Below, piece after piece: positions 11,814 through 28,751 of a stretch of DNA of 64,000 nucleotides. Each line of letters opens with the position of its first letter. Within the stretch, counting starts at the first letter, position 1. The translations under genes and the position numbers were made by a program. The stretch comes from Balamuthia mandrillaris (lineage: Eukaryota): NCBI GenBank assembly GCA_031835245.2, contig JAVKOQ020000045.1, positions 124,001 to 188,000 of the forward strand, read 5' to 3'. The notes below the pieces were generated by a model that worked only from the letters and a program-made list of their open reading frames with translations, was not told the origin of the DNA and searched no databases.

Positions 11814-12463
11814 ATGGAAATGTGGAGCGGTGAGTTTTTTGAGGCCAAAGCGGTCCTGTTCGACCTGGACGGCACCTTGCTTGATACCGAACTTCTCTCC
11901 ACCCAGGCCATCGCCAAAGTTATAGCACCTCACGGTGGAAAGGTTCATACATTCTATTTTTTTTAAAACCATCGCAACTCCACTTCAAACATCTCATCTC
12001 TCTCTCTGAAAAGATTGAGTGGGAGTTAAAGAAACGGCTGTTAGGCCTCAAAGGTCCCGACTGGTCCCGTCTCGTCATTCAAGACCAAGGGCTGGAGGGC
12101 AAGCTCACCCCCGAGGAGCTAGTGGAAGGCTGGGAGTCCCACCTGGCCGCGCTCTACCCCTCCGTCCTCAAGCTGCCCGGCGCGGAGGAGCTCTCCTCCC
12201 ACTTGGCCCAAAGGGGGATCCCTCAGGCCCTCTGCACCTCCTCCAGCCGCCACGCCGTAGCGCTGAAGAGGGAGGCTCACCGGGAGATGTTTGACCGGTT
12301 CCAGGTGGTGGTCACCGGGGACGATCAGGAGCTGCAGAGGGGCAAGCCCGCCCCTGACATATTTTTGTTGGGAGCCAAGCGGTTGGGAGTGGACCCGGCT
12401 TCTTGTATTGTGTTTGAGGACGCTCTTTCTGGGTGTCAAGCAGGTTTTTCTTTTTCTTCCTCT

Positions 12464-12509
<46 letters not shown>

Positions 12510-12692
12510 TGTCTTCTTGTTTTGACGAAACATGCGAATGAAAAAGGCAAAGCAGCAGGTATGAAGGTCATAGCTATTCCCGACACGCGGTTGGACGTCT
12601 CTGTCTTCAAGCCATATGCCGACCAAGTCCTCACCTCCATGCTCCACTTCAAACCTGAACAATTCGGTCTTCCCGCCTTTTTATCACCCTGA
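11814..12692 (+). CDS. PUDP: HAD-superfamily pseudouridine-5'-phosphatase (HDHD1/PUDP-like); spliced
   Basis: Motifs AVLFDLDGTLLDTE, ALCTSS, RGKPAPDIFLLGA, CIVFEDALSG, AAGMKVIAIPD and FKPEQFGLPAF. Confidence 0.9.
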
Positions 12693-12696
12693 AAGC

Positions 12697-12734
<38 letters not shown>

Positions 12735-12780
12735 CATTCCTCTCTATCGCTCTCGTTTAAGACTATAAACAGAACGTTAT

Positions 12781-16881
<4,101 letters not shown>

Positions 16882-17197
16882 CCCACTGCTGCTCCTCCTC
16901 CGGATATCCTCTTACCGCTTTTTTTCTGCTTTTTGAAATTGAGTTCTTAGAAAAGATCTGGCCAATCGCAGCCATGCGATGTGACGTAATCAATGATAAT
17001 GACGTCATGATGTCTTAGAAAGGAAATATTTAATTTAGTTTCCTTTTATCAATAATTTACGCGATAATATCACAATTTTTGGTTGAAATTATCGATATGA
17101 ACAAACCGAAAAAGAAAAAATTGTAGCAGAAGGAAGCTCAAAAGAGAAGGAGAAGGAACTGAGAGAGAGAGAGAAGCCAAACGGTTTGGAAAAAAAA

Positions 17198-20100
17198 ATG
17201 CCCAAAGTGTCGGTCACGCATGTGGCCGATCCCTTTGGCGGTTGGGACGTGCGTGAGCTCAAGCGCGGCACCATCCTCTCTCCTCCCACCTCCTCCGCCG
17301 TCCCCGACTACGACCTGGACCTGGAGAAAAAACCGCTGCGCGAGCACATCGCCGCCCTCCTGTCCCTCCTCCAGGTGGAGGGCTCCGCCAGCAAGTTCGT
17401 GCTGCAGACCTCGTCGGGGGAATACCTGCTCTTAGGCGAGTTCGCAGGCGGGGAGGGCGCCCTCTCCATCGGCGGAAGCAGCAACAACGCGAGTTTGACG
17501 GGCTCCAGTGCCGGTGGTGGTAGTGGTGGGGTCCCTCAGGCCGAGCCCCCACAAAGGGAGCTGCTGAGAAGGTTGGTGAAGGAGGGGAGCGAGCTGCGGC
17601 TGCGAACGCACCCCCATGTTCGTGCGAGGAATGTGGTGGACCTGCTGCACCTGGCCACCAACGCAGCTGCAGAGCAGGAGGAGGGCTCTGCCCTCTCGAA
17701 AGAGAGCCTGTTTGCCATGAAATATGAGTTTAAGGTTTTTAATCTTTGCTTTTTGTATTCTTTTCGTTCTGTTTTCCCGTTTGTTTGGCTCTTCTCTGCT
17801 TTCTATGTAAAAAAACTAAATTAAAAAACATAAACAACAAAACAGGATGCAACGTTTGCAGAAGAATTTTTTGAGCTTGGAGGCATGTCTGCTCTCCTTA
17901 CTGTTATCACCAGCAGCTCAGGCAACACCCAAGCATATGCTCTCTCTGCTCTTCGCGCTGCCATGTTGTACATTTCTGGTCTGTTATTTCCCTTTCTGCT
18001 TCAAGTATTCTCTGTTTACTTGTTTGCCCTCCATGCTTTCTTCTCATCATTTCACTTTATGTTGCATCCATTTCCTCAACTGTAGGAATGGAGGTGTTGT
18101 TGGACGATCAAAAGTTAGTTGCTCAATTGTTCTCATTGGTGGACTCGAATGTGGTGGCTGTGGCCCGCCAAGCCCTTGAACTCATTTTCGTATTATGTAG
18201 CTACGGCACCAATGGTTGGAAACACATCCATCGCGTACGTTATAAGATGTTCAGAGTCATCCTTTTTTGTTCTTGTTTGTTTTGCTTTTTGTGATATTGC
18301 TTGCTTTGTTTTGAGATGAAAGACACTATTTGACGACGATGAAAATGAAGAAGGTTTTCTCTTTATTTTTAACTGACAAAAACCGTATGTGCATAACAGG
18401 CCGCCAAACTATTCGCAAAGAAAAAGGGGTGTGCAGCCTATGAAAACTTAGTGGAGCTGCTTAAAAGCGGGGATTTGGACACGCAGCTCAATGCTATTAC
18501 GTTTTTCAACAGCATCTTGGATGCTTGCCCTCCGCAACGACAAGAAAAGCTCTTGTTGTTGTGGCGAGAAATTGACATCGAACCAACTCTCCGGGTATGT
18601 CTCGTTATTGTTTGTTGTTGTTCTGCTTGTTCTTCGTTCTTCGTTCTTCTTTTTCTCCTTCTTTTTCTCCTTCTTCTTCTTCTTCTTCTGATTCATTACC
18701 TTCTTAACAAATTCATTTAAACACTTTTTTCTTGAATAACAAAAAAACAAGATGGAGGTGGCAGTAAGTCAGAATGAGGCATTTAAAAGGCAGGTTAAAC
18801 ACTTTGAACAAACTGTACTTTCACTATTCCCAACCTCGAAGCCAATTGTCGTCGAGCCATCATCAAAAGACTCGTTGGAACGAAAGAAGAGCCTAGACCT
18901 TTCCGTGTTAACTTCATCCTCCATTTTCAGAAAGATGACAGCATCTTCACCATCTATCGAGAGACTCAAAGACAAGGAAAAAGACAAAGAAAAAGAAAGG
19001 CGCTCAAAGCTGCTTCGGAAAGAATCTGGAACATCAACTACTTCAACCTCAGAAAAAGCCAAGAGCAACACCAAATCATCATTATCATTGTCATCGATGC
19101 CTTCGATGAGTACAGAGGAGAAGTTGAGAGAGTACGAACTGCAACAACCGCTTATTAGAGCATTGAGAGCTCAGTTGCGGCGGCAAGATGCCGCCATACG
19201 CGAAGCCTTGAAAGAAGGAGCATTTATCAACGCTCGTACGTTGTCTTTCTTTTTTCCCCCCTTTATTAACTCCTTCTCTCTGTATCTCTCCTTCTTCCTC
19301 TGCGTTTCCTCATCTATTTTTTCTTTCTAAACTTAATGACCCCTGAATACAAAAGATGCTCCTTTGAAGCGTTATGTAGAGCGAAGTAAAGAAGTAGACA
19401 CAGATATTCCAGTACAGCTCTCATCAACGCCCGTACCATCACAACCAGCTTCATCGGCATCAGCTGCAGCTGATCCGAATCTTCAAGAGAAAGTGCAACA
19501 GTTGGCCAAACAAGTGGCACAACTGAAGACGATGGGCAAAACTCTCACCGAAAGGAAGGATAATGAAATCGCTCGACTTCACGAGGAGATAGCCACTATC
19601 AAGTCCCAACGAGACAACAAAGAAAAAGAGCTTGCAAGTCTGCTTGCCTCTCGTGAGAACACAAACAACAAAATGAAAGAAGCAGAGAAAGAAGATGAGA
19701 AGAAACCGAACAATGCATCCGAGGAAGCAGAACGTATGTACGATGACATTCAAATGTTGAAAGAGTCGTTGATTCGGTTGCAAGGTCTCAAAGATCAGGT
19801 CGTCCGCGAACTGAGGGGCTTGAAGCAAAAACGAGGAGGTGGAGGAGGAACGGAGGATCGTGCATCGGTAGATGGGTTGGAGCTGTTAGAGGCAAAACAT
19901 ATGAAGGAGGATCTCGAGAAGGAGAAAGCGGCAAAGACGAAGTTGCAGGAAAAGGTGGATGAGCTTCAAGCTCAGTTGGCGAGAGGCAAAACCACTGAGG
20001 AAGTTTTGGAGCTGGAAGGAAAAATCAAGGAGTTAGAGGAAAGAGTGAGCATATTAACTAAAGATAATACCGCTCTCCGAGTGGAGAAGTTGGAATGGAA

Positions 20101-22680
20101 GATGAAGAGAGAGAAACTTGCGAAGGAAGAAAAGACGGAGAGCGCTAATTCTTCCGCTGCCGTTGGTCCTGCTTCTTCAGCTGCTCTTGAAGATTTGGAG
20201 CTGAAACTTGCGAGACAGGAAAGGGTTGCGAAAGAGCATAAGCAGGACAAAGACAAAGCTTTGTTGCAGCTCAGCAATATGATGAAGGTGATGAAAGTTT
20301 TGAAGGCCAAGTATGAGGAGGAAAGCAAAAGCAACACCTACAACGAGAAAGAGCTGAAGGAGGCCAAAGAGCTCATCCAACGGCTGCAAAAAGAGAATCA
20401 GGAGCTCAAAGCACAATCCCTTTCTGCCTCGGACACTTTGTCAGGCGCAGAGTCATCACAAAAGGAAGAAGGAACAGAAGGAATGATGAAGAAATTGGCC
20501 AAAGAGAAGGAGAGGTTGTTGGAGCAATTGGAGGACCTCAACCGAAAGACAAATGACTTGGTCTCTGAGAAAGAGGCCCTCACCATCAAATTGCAACAAG
20601 CAGAGAAGGTGGAGTCGGTTTCCACTGTTGCCATTCTCAGCCTTAACGACCAAGTTAGTGACCTTACCGCTAAGCTTGCCAGTTTGAGAAGCGACACGAA
20701 AGACTCTGATCTTGCTATCAAATGTACACTTCTTTCTTCTTCTTTCTGCTCTCTTGTAGTTGTTATCTCTTACCATGTTTGCTCTTTAGATGACAAACTA
20801 CAAAGAGAAAAGGAAATGCTGGAAGAACAGTTTAAAGGCGAGATAGAAGCATTGCGCAAACAAAATTTATCGTCAGGAGACGAAGCCATCCAAAGTCTGA
20901 AGGCGGAAGTGAACAAGCTTCAACAGGAGAACGAACAGCTCAAACTAACCAACGAGGCTCATATAGCAGAGTTGGAAGCTCAAAAAAGTCGGACCAGTGT
21001 AGATCTGTTGAACAGCGATTTTACCGCCCAGCTCAGCCTTAATCTTTGCGCAGATGTTGCTCGTAAGTTGGGAGAACGGCAACAAGAGAGTACGTTCAGT
21101 TCTTATTTTGTTTGTTTAAACCAAAACACTAACTAAAACAATGCAGACATCAAATTCACTAAACCGGTTGTAACACCACCAAAGAAAATGAAGTCTCTCT
21201 TCTGGAAACGAATCGTTCTGCCAGCCTCAAGCGAAGCTAAAGAGGTTTTTACCATTTGGCACGAGGTCAAAGAAATAGAAGTGCCCAAACACTTTTTGGA
21301 CGCCAAGTTTTCTCATAAGAGCCTTCAAGAGCTGAAACGAGGGTCATCTTTATCTTCTTCCTCCCGAGGAAAAAGCGGTCGCCTCAACAAAAGTGGCAAA
21401 CACGAGACATTCACAACGACAGCATCGTCATCATCAACAGACTCTCCATCAATGACAAGGCTCGGTTTGCTCGATGCGAAGAGAGCACAAACGATCGCCA
21501 TCATGAAGTCCTCTTTGCCGCAGGAGGAGACATTGAAGGAAGCCATTCGCACGATGGACGACGCCAAGCTCACCAAGAAACAGATTCAAAACCTGCTGAT
21601 GCATCTTCCCAGCGAAGAGGAACTTCAATCCATTCAAGTCCTTCGCTCCGACCTTCAACAACAAGAAGCCAAGTTAGACTCTGGCGAGCAGTTCTTGATG
21701 GTGTTGGCCTCCATCGACCATCTCGTGGCTCGCCTAAAGTGTTGGAGCTTGATGCGTACATGGGAGACAGAGCTGGTGGCCAAAGTGAAGAGTCGTTTGG
21801 AGTCTGTGGCTGCCTCCGCGGAGGAGATAAGGCAGAGCGCCGCTCTTAGGGTGCTCTTGGGGGTGTTGCTCAACGTTGGCAACTACCTGAACGGCCAGAC
21901 AGAGGAGCTTGCCCGTGCGGATGGCTTTGACCTCATTGAGACGTTGAGAAAGGTCATGGAGATGAGAGCCAACGATGATCGTGCCACCCTCTTCAACTAT
22001 GTATATCTCTTCCTGAGAGAGCAACACAGACCAACGAAATCAAACGAGAACGTTGTGGTTCAGCAGCTGAATAGAGAGTTGACTCGATTGGAGGAGGCGT
22101 CTAAGGCGTCGTTCAGTAAAGTTAGGAGCCAGATGGAGGAGATGAACTTAGGACTGCTCGAGTTTGGATTGTTGTCAAAAGAAGTCTGTGATGAACCCTT
22201 CGCTTCTAAAGCGGCTGCTTTCTTTGCTAAAGGTTTGCTATATTTTATGCTTTCTTCCGTTGCATTTCTTATCTTGATATTTACTTCATTTTTTATTATT
22301 ATCTTTTAGCAACAAAACAAGCAGAAGAACTGCAACAAACATATACAAGATCGCTTCAAGTGTTTCAGGAGCTGTTACTCTACTGCGGCTATTCACAACA
22401 CGATCTTCCCAAAATCACTCCTGAACTGTTCTTTGGAGCTCTTTACGCTTTCATATCTGCCCTATACAAAAAGATGCAAAAGTACTTTTCTTGCTCCTTT
22501 TTTTAACTCCTTCAGTTCAGATGTAACTAACGAACACGCGTTCTCTCAAACATAAAGGACATTGAAAAAAGGAACAATGCTGAGTGTAATAACGGATTCA
22601 TCAGAAGATCCGATGGCATCCATCGTTGCTGCCATTCGCACCCGCAACTCTGCCGAAGCTCTCTCCACTTATTCCCTTTA
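17198..22680 (+). CDS. FHOD-type formin (GBD/FH3, long coiled coil, FH2, DAD-like tail); spliced
   Basis: FH3 motifs FAEEFFELGG and GNTQAYALSAL. FH2 motifs MKSLFWKRI, LLDAKRAQTIAI, EQFLMVLASIDHLVARLKCW, LNVGNYLNG and ADGFDL. Tail DPMASIVAAIRT. Confidence 0.92.
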
Positions 22681-22766
22681 ACTACCCTAACGAACATTGT
22701 TTATTCCTTTGTTTTAATTATTATTTGTCTAGTTGTTTTATTTTTTGCAATTATACTTCATTGTGT

Positions 22767-23142
22767 TTATAAAGCATTAAAGACAGCAACGAGCCAACTC
22801 AAGCCTTCCAAGAGGCCATGGCCATTGGTCATGCAACATGGCTGAACTTGCCACAGTATTTCAGGCGGCAATTGTTTCAATGAGAGTGCTTCTATTGCGG
22901 TCTCTGTTGCACCAGAAATGTCCGTTTTGGTCACGGGACGGTCCTTTATCTTGTGGTTGGCAAAGACGAGCAGCACTGGCGATGGGAACAAAGCGTCTTG
23001 CAGTAGTACCATGCGCAGCCGTTGTGCTGCCAATTCTTTTTCATGCCATTAGAGAGGGAGAGTAGAAGCAACAGGAAGAAAAAGGAAAAGCAGAGAGAGA
23101 GTGAGAGTGAGAGTGAGCAAGTTACCAGCAATAGTTGAAAGT

Positions 23143-23187
<45 letters not shown>

Positions 23188-23544
23188 GGAAAAGCGAGAG
23201 AAGAGCATAAAAACCGAGTTGAGAATGTCGAGGAAGACCAGAGGGACAGCTTCTGTTGCTGACATCTACCACAAAGATAAGAGCACACTGTATTGGTAAA
23301 TAAAAATTGGTGACCACAGGGAGAAGGCAATAATGAGGGTGAACGCACCACAGCGGTGTAGTAATGTCGCCATATAGGTATCAGCTTAGCATTGTCAACG
23401 TCCTAAGATAGAAGAACGTAAGAAGGTCAACAGACGGAAACTAAAAATAAAGGAAACATTATAGGAACCAATGATAGGAACGACAATCCTGAGACAGAAG
23501 CACGTTGAACGCTAAAATCTAGCTTACCGCAGATGAGATAACGT

Positions 23545-23591
<47 letters not shown>

Positions 23592-23704
23592 CTAACCTAG
23601 ACATGGGGTAGTACATGTATAGCTTTTTTGCAACTGATGAAACATCTATGAACACAATGGTTACATTAAGAAGCGAAAATGAAAAGAGAGAAAAGCTGAG
23701 AAGA

Positions 23705-23748
<44 letters not shown>

Positions 23749-24351
23749 ATACCGAAGATTTGCCCGCACCACGCAAGCCTAACACCAACAAGTGCAGCTC
23801 CTGACTACCGTTCTTCTTCTTGTTCCAAAGGTCTTGCTTGCTCCTCAGCGGGGGCCACGCCGAAGCAGCCACCGCCTTCTCTTTCATCACTTTCCAACTT
23901 CCTTTGGCTGCCTCGTTGGCTTCCAACTCCCCCTTTCGCTGCTGCTGAGCTGGTTCGTTGGGGGTGTTTTGTTGCTGTTGTCGGAGGGTGGCAGCGAGGA
24001 GGTGCCATCGTTGGCGTAGCGCAAGGGCTTGGCTTTGGAAGCGCGCAATGCTTGCCGCTTTGATATCTTGTTGTTGTGGTTCGTTCGTTTGTGGTGGCGG
24101 CGCGGCAGAGGGTGGCGTCTCGCCAAACTCTGCAGCATAGAAAGCTTTCCATAAGGAAGACAAACTCATCGCCAATTCCTTTTTTTGTTCATTATAAACA
24201 CATCAAGAAAAAAAAAACGAACAATAAAGCATTTGTTGTTGAAGGAACAACGTACATGAGTTCGAGTACAACAACAAGAAACCCTCAAGAGAGTGCGAGC
24301 GTCCAAAAAGCTAAAGATCCTCGCCAGCAGCTCTGCAGGGAGCTCTTCCAT
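22767..24351 (-). CDS. F-box + Arf-like GTPase domain protein, copy 1; spliced
   Basis: F-box MEELPAELLARIFSFLDARTLLRV, P-loop LLVLGLRGAGKSS, ALIFVVD, PVLLVFANHKIKD and WQVQPCCMTNGHGLLEGLSWL. Confidence 0.85.
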
Positions 24352-24440
24352 CTCTTTCTTTCTTTTTCATCGGATTTCTTCGTGTCGACCCGAATATAAG
24401 AGCAGGAAAAAATTGTGCAATTCTTCTTTTATTTGTACGT

Positions 24441-24734
24441 TCAGCTGAAGAACGAACCAAAGACAGCGACGAGCCAGCTCAGGCCCTCCAGGAGACCGAT
24501 GTTGTTGATCATGCAACAGGGCTGCACGTGCCACAGTATTTCAGGCGGTAGGGCGTTCAAGGCGAGGCTTTCGGTGGCTGTCCGCTTTGCCTGGAAACGA
24601 TCTCGCCTCTTGAAGCAGTCTTTCTTCTTGTTGTTGTTGGCAAAGACGAGCAGCACCGGTGTATGAAGTGAGGGCTCGTGCAAAAGTGCTTGTCGCAATC
24701 GTTTTCCTGCCACTTCTTTATATTTTGTTAGAGA

Positions 24735-24770
<36 letters not shown>

Positions 24771-24898
24771 GAAGAGGATAGGAAGGACTTGAGATACCGA
24801 GTTGAGAATAGTTTGGAAGGTTGGTGGCATCATTATTGCTGACATCTACCACAAATATAAGAGCACACTTTATTTTTTGGTTTGTTACCTTTTCTACT

Positions 24899-24939
<41 letters not shown>

Positions 24940-25186
24940 GAGAGTGGAGAGAGAAACCTACAACATTGTGGAAGTAGGCCCTATACAACGGAATCACTCG
25001 AGAGCTATCCACATCCTGGTTTCATTGTTCGTTCACCACCAAACAAAAGATAATTAAAAAAGAAGCACAAATGTGGGAGGAAAAGGGATGCGCCTACCAA
25101 TGATTTGAAATATAAGTTCGAGACATGTGCCGTTTCCATGCTGACGCCTGGTGGTATTGTTTAGACGATAAGGAGAGCGCAAAGAA

Positions 25187-25225
<39 letters not shown>

Positions 25226-25951
25226 GGCAAAATGCTGAGTACAGACCTACGCCGGGAATTGTGCATGTGCGGTCACGGTCTAGCTGCCAAAACATCTGTA
25301 ACGTGATAAAAAAGGGTAGCATGTTTATATACAAACAGCAAAACGAACACCACAACGAACAAAGGGTAAGCTTCGAGAGAGAGAACACGGAAATATTTTA
25401 CCGATGACTTGCCAGCGCGACGCAAGCCCAGAACCAATAGTCTCAATTCATGTGGAGTCTTCTCCCAAAGCTCTTGCTTCTTTCTTATGAACGGCGGCCG
25501 AGTCGAAGCCAACACCGCCTTCTCTTTCATCAGGCGCCAGCCTTCTTTCGCCGCTTCTTCTTCTTCTTCGTTCTCTTTTCCATCCTCGGTTTGACGAGGT
25601 AGATCTGTGTTGTGTCGGAGGATAGACGCGAGGGAGTGCCATCGTCGGCGGAGCGAGAGCGCCTGACTTCGAACGTGAGCGATGCAGGATGATCTGACCT
25701 CGCGCTCGTCCTGTGGCGGTGGTGCCTCTGTATCGAACTCTGCCGCATAGAAAGCTTTCCAAAGGGAAGGCAACCCCATGGCGAATGTCTATTGCTTATA
25801 GCGTTACACCAAGCGTCCACATTTTTTACAAAATAAAAACAACAAAAACGAGTACCTGAGTCCAAGAACAACAACAAGATACTCGCAAGAGGCTCCGCAC
25901 GTCCAGGTAGCTAAAGATCCTCTCCATTACCTCCGCGGGCAACCCTTCCAT
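24441..25951 (-). CDS. F-box + Arf-like GTPase domain protein, copy 2 (tandem paralogue); spliced
   Basis: F-box MEGLPAEVMERIFSYLDVRSL, LLVLGLRRAGKSS, PVLLVFANNNKKKD and WHVQPCCMINNIGLLEGLSWL. Confidence 0.85.
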
Positions 25952-26306
25952 CTTCGCCTTGGTTCGCCTTTCGTGTCGTCACGTAAAAATTACAATAATT
26001 TTTTTGGCAAATCTGCTAATTATTATGGCCAACGCGCCATGGTTTGGTTTTGCGGTGGTCCTTGTCGACACTAATTTTCCCCCGCTAAAAGTAGCAGAAA
26101 AGCGCAAGGACAGTTTTGCAGCCCTTTTTTCCCTTGCCATTTCTTTTCAGTCCTCTATGGAAGGTCTCCTCCGTTGCGGCGTGGGAGGAGGAGCCGTTGT
26201 TGTTTGGGTTGGTTGTTTCAAACAAAAAACGTAGCAATTGTCGGGGGGCGGGGCGGGCAGTTGAAAACATTCATTGAAGGCGGGGGGCAGGGCAGGTGAA
26301 GAACCC

Positions 26307-28396
26307 ATGGAATTCGTTGGACGAGAGGCTGCGCCTCTTCTTGGTTCGCGCGATGGTTGGTTTATTATTTTTATTTTATTTTTTTTTTTTTGTGAGCTTC
26401 GTTTGTTGGGGTTCTTCTTGGAGAGGATTCTTTATATTTTGGTTTTTTTTTTTGACCAAAAAAAATAGGACTCAAACAAGTAGCAGAGATCAAGGTTACA
26501 TCCTCGGCAACAACAAACGGCGGCGGCGGAGGCGGCGGGCCGGCCTCGAGGATTGTGTGTGCGACGGTATGGCCCGAGCTTGATGCTCTTTGCCTGGGTT
26601 TCAACAACGGAACCATTCAGCTTCTCAAGAAGAAGTCCTTTGCTCTCCACCACCTTTCACCCCTCGCTACGCTTTTCATATACCCCAAAAAATCGGATCA
26701 GCAGCAACAACAGCAACGACAGCAAGAAAGTCACGGTCGACAACGTGCCACCAACGACCGTTTTGTAGGAGTAGTCTGCTTGAAGGCCTGGCAAGGACAG
26801 TTATATGCGGCGGCCAACGATGGCGCCATCTACGTTTTCTCCCAACGGTTGCAGCTGAGCCGCATCTACTTGGAGGGAACTGCGTTCAGCGGGTTGAGCT
26901 GTGGGAGCAACAGCAATAATGGTGGAGCGTTGCTGCAGGAGTGGAAGGGACGGTTATGGTGTGCTGGCTTGCATGGCATTCATCCTTTAGAGGACGAGAA
27001 AGAAGAGGGGGAAGGATTGGAGAAGAAAGAAGTGGTGGAGGCCATTCGGTGTCAGGAACGCAAAGCACAGGAAGAAGATCAAAAAGGAAGCAAAGATAAA
27101 GAAAGACGACTGAGTAATGATAGCGAAAAAGAAGGAGAAGGAACTCGAATCTTCTTTGAGCATGTAGCTCGAGGAGCAGAAGCTTTGCTTAATGCCGATA
27201 GCAGTAGCCAAGAGCAACAGGTCAAAGAAAAGCAGAAAGAAGAGAGAAAGGCAGAACTCAGCGAGACCACGAGGTTACAGATGCAAATGGAACGCAGCCA
27301 CAAGATGAAGAAAGACACGCCCACCACCTCTAGCCTTAATTTCTATCAACACCTTAGCAAAGGAGCTTCAGAGTCTACCAAACAAATGAAAAGCGTGAAA
27401 ACAGACCAGAAACGAGCAAGGTCTTCGTCTGCTTCCTCTTCGTCTTCTTCCTCCTCTTCAACACAACCAAGTGAGAAAGATTTAGAAAAAGAAGCAGATG
27501 AAGCAGGTATAAGAGGGATCGGAATGTCATCCGCCAGAGAGAAGCGGATAAACGCCTTTAAGGGCGACGGCAAGAAAAAAGCCATTCTGTTCTCATCCCA
27601 TGCAAGTAACATCAAGAACGCTATCGAAAACTTTAGCCACAACAAACAAAATAAACAGAACAGCAACGACAGCAACAAGAAAGTATCGACCAATTCTTCT
27701 TCTTCCTCCTCCTCTTCTTCGTCTTCCTCTTCTATGAATGGAGGATCTTCTTCATCTTCAAAGCGTCATCAGAAAACGAAGTGTACAAAGCAGGGAGTGC
27801 TTACAGAACCATCTATGCAAGCAAGTACCATCACTTGTCTTCAAGTTTGCAACGACAGTCTTCTTAGCGGTCATTCCGATGGACAAATCCGACGTTGGGG
27901 TCTGCCTTCAAGCAGCGGATCCAATGGAGCTTCTTCATCCTCAAACATTTCTTTACTGGCAACGAGCAAAGAGCACAAAGCAACCATCTTTTGTTTGGAG
28001 AGCGTCAAAGGGGAGAAAGAAGAAAATTCGTATTCTGAAGTATTGCTCTCCTCAGCAGCAGACAACCTCATCAAAGTGTGGCGAGTGGGTAGCGGTGGTG
28101 GATTGAGTTGCTTGGCTACCATCTCTGTTTCTCCATCGACTGACAGCATCGATGCTCTGTTGTGTTGGAATGGCTCTGTGTTTGCGTCTCTTCCAAGAAG
28201 AGGATCCATTCTTCGGTTCCAGAAGAAAACGGAAGAAAGCAAACGCGGAGGAGGAAAATGGAAGATGCAACAAGTGCTGCCTGGTGCTGGGCCGGAGGAC
28301 CACCCGCCTTTGGGTCCCTTCTCGATGTGCATGGTGAACTGGGATGGACACCTCTTGTGTGCTGCTGGAGGAACTCTGCGGATTTGGAGCCCATGA
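26307..28396 (+). CDS. WD40-like beta-propeller protein with a long charged/Ser-rich insertion
   Basis: Motifs LCLGFNNGTIQ, LYAAANDGAIYVF, LLSGHSDGQIRRW, EHKATIFCL, LLSSAADNLIKVW and GGTLRIW. Confidence 0.75.
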
Positions 28397-28751
28397 ATGA
28401 ATAGTCATTCTCCTCCTCCTCCTCTCTCTCTCTCTCCCTCTCCCTCTCTCTCTCGCTCTCTCTCTCTTCTCTCTTCTCTTCTTTATCGCTCTCCTCAAAT
28501 CTCTTTTTGTAGGTGCACTCTCATGTCCTAGCTCGTATCTGTCTACAATAAGTTTAAATCAATTTTCTATTATGGGGCAGAATTGTCGGCGATTATTCAT
28601 GTCTACATTTATTGATCCCAAACAAAAAAGAAAAGGATTTGGAGTCAGAGAGTTGCTCCTCTCTTCGTTGGATTGATTCGATTCCGTGGGCGCGGGGTTT
28701 CGTGGGGCTGGCAAACGAAAGGTTTTTTGTTGGTGGAGCACGAAACGAATA

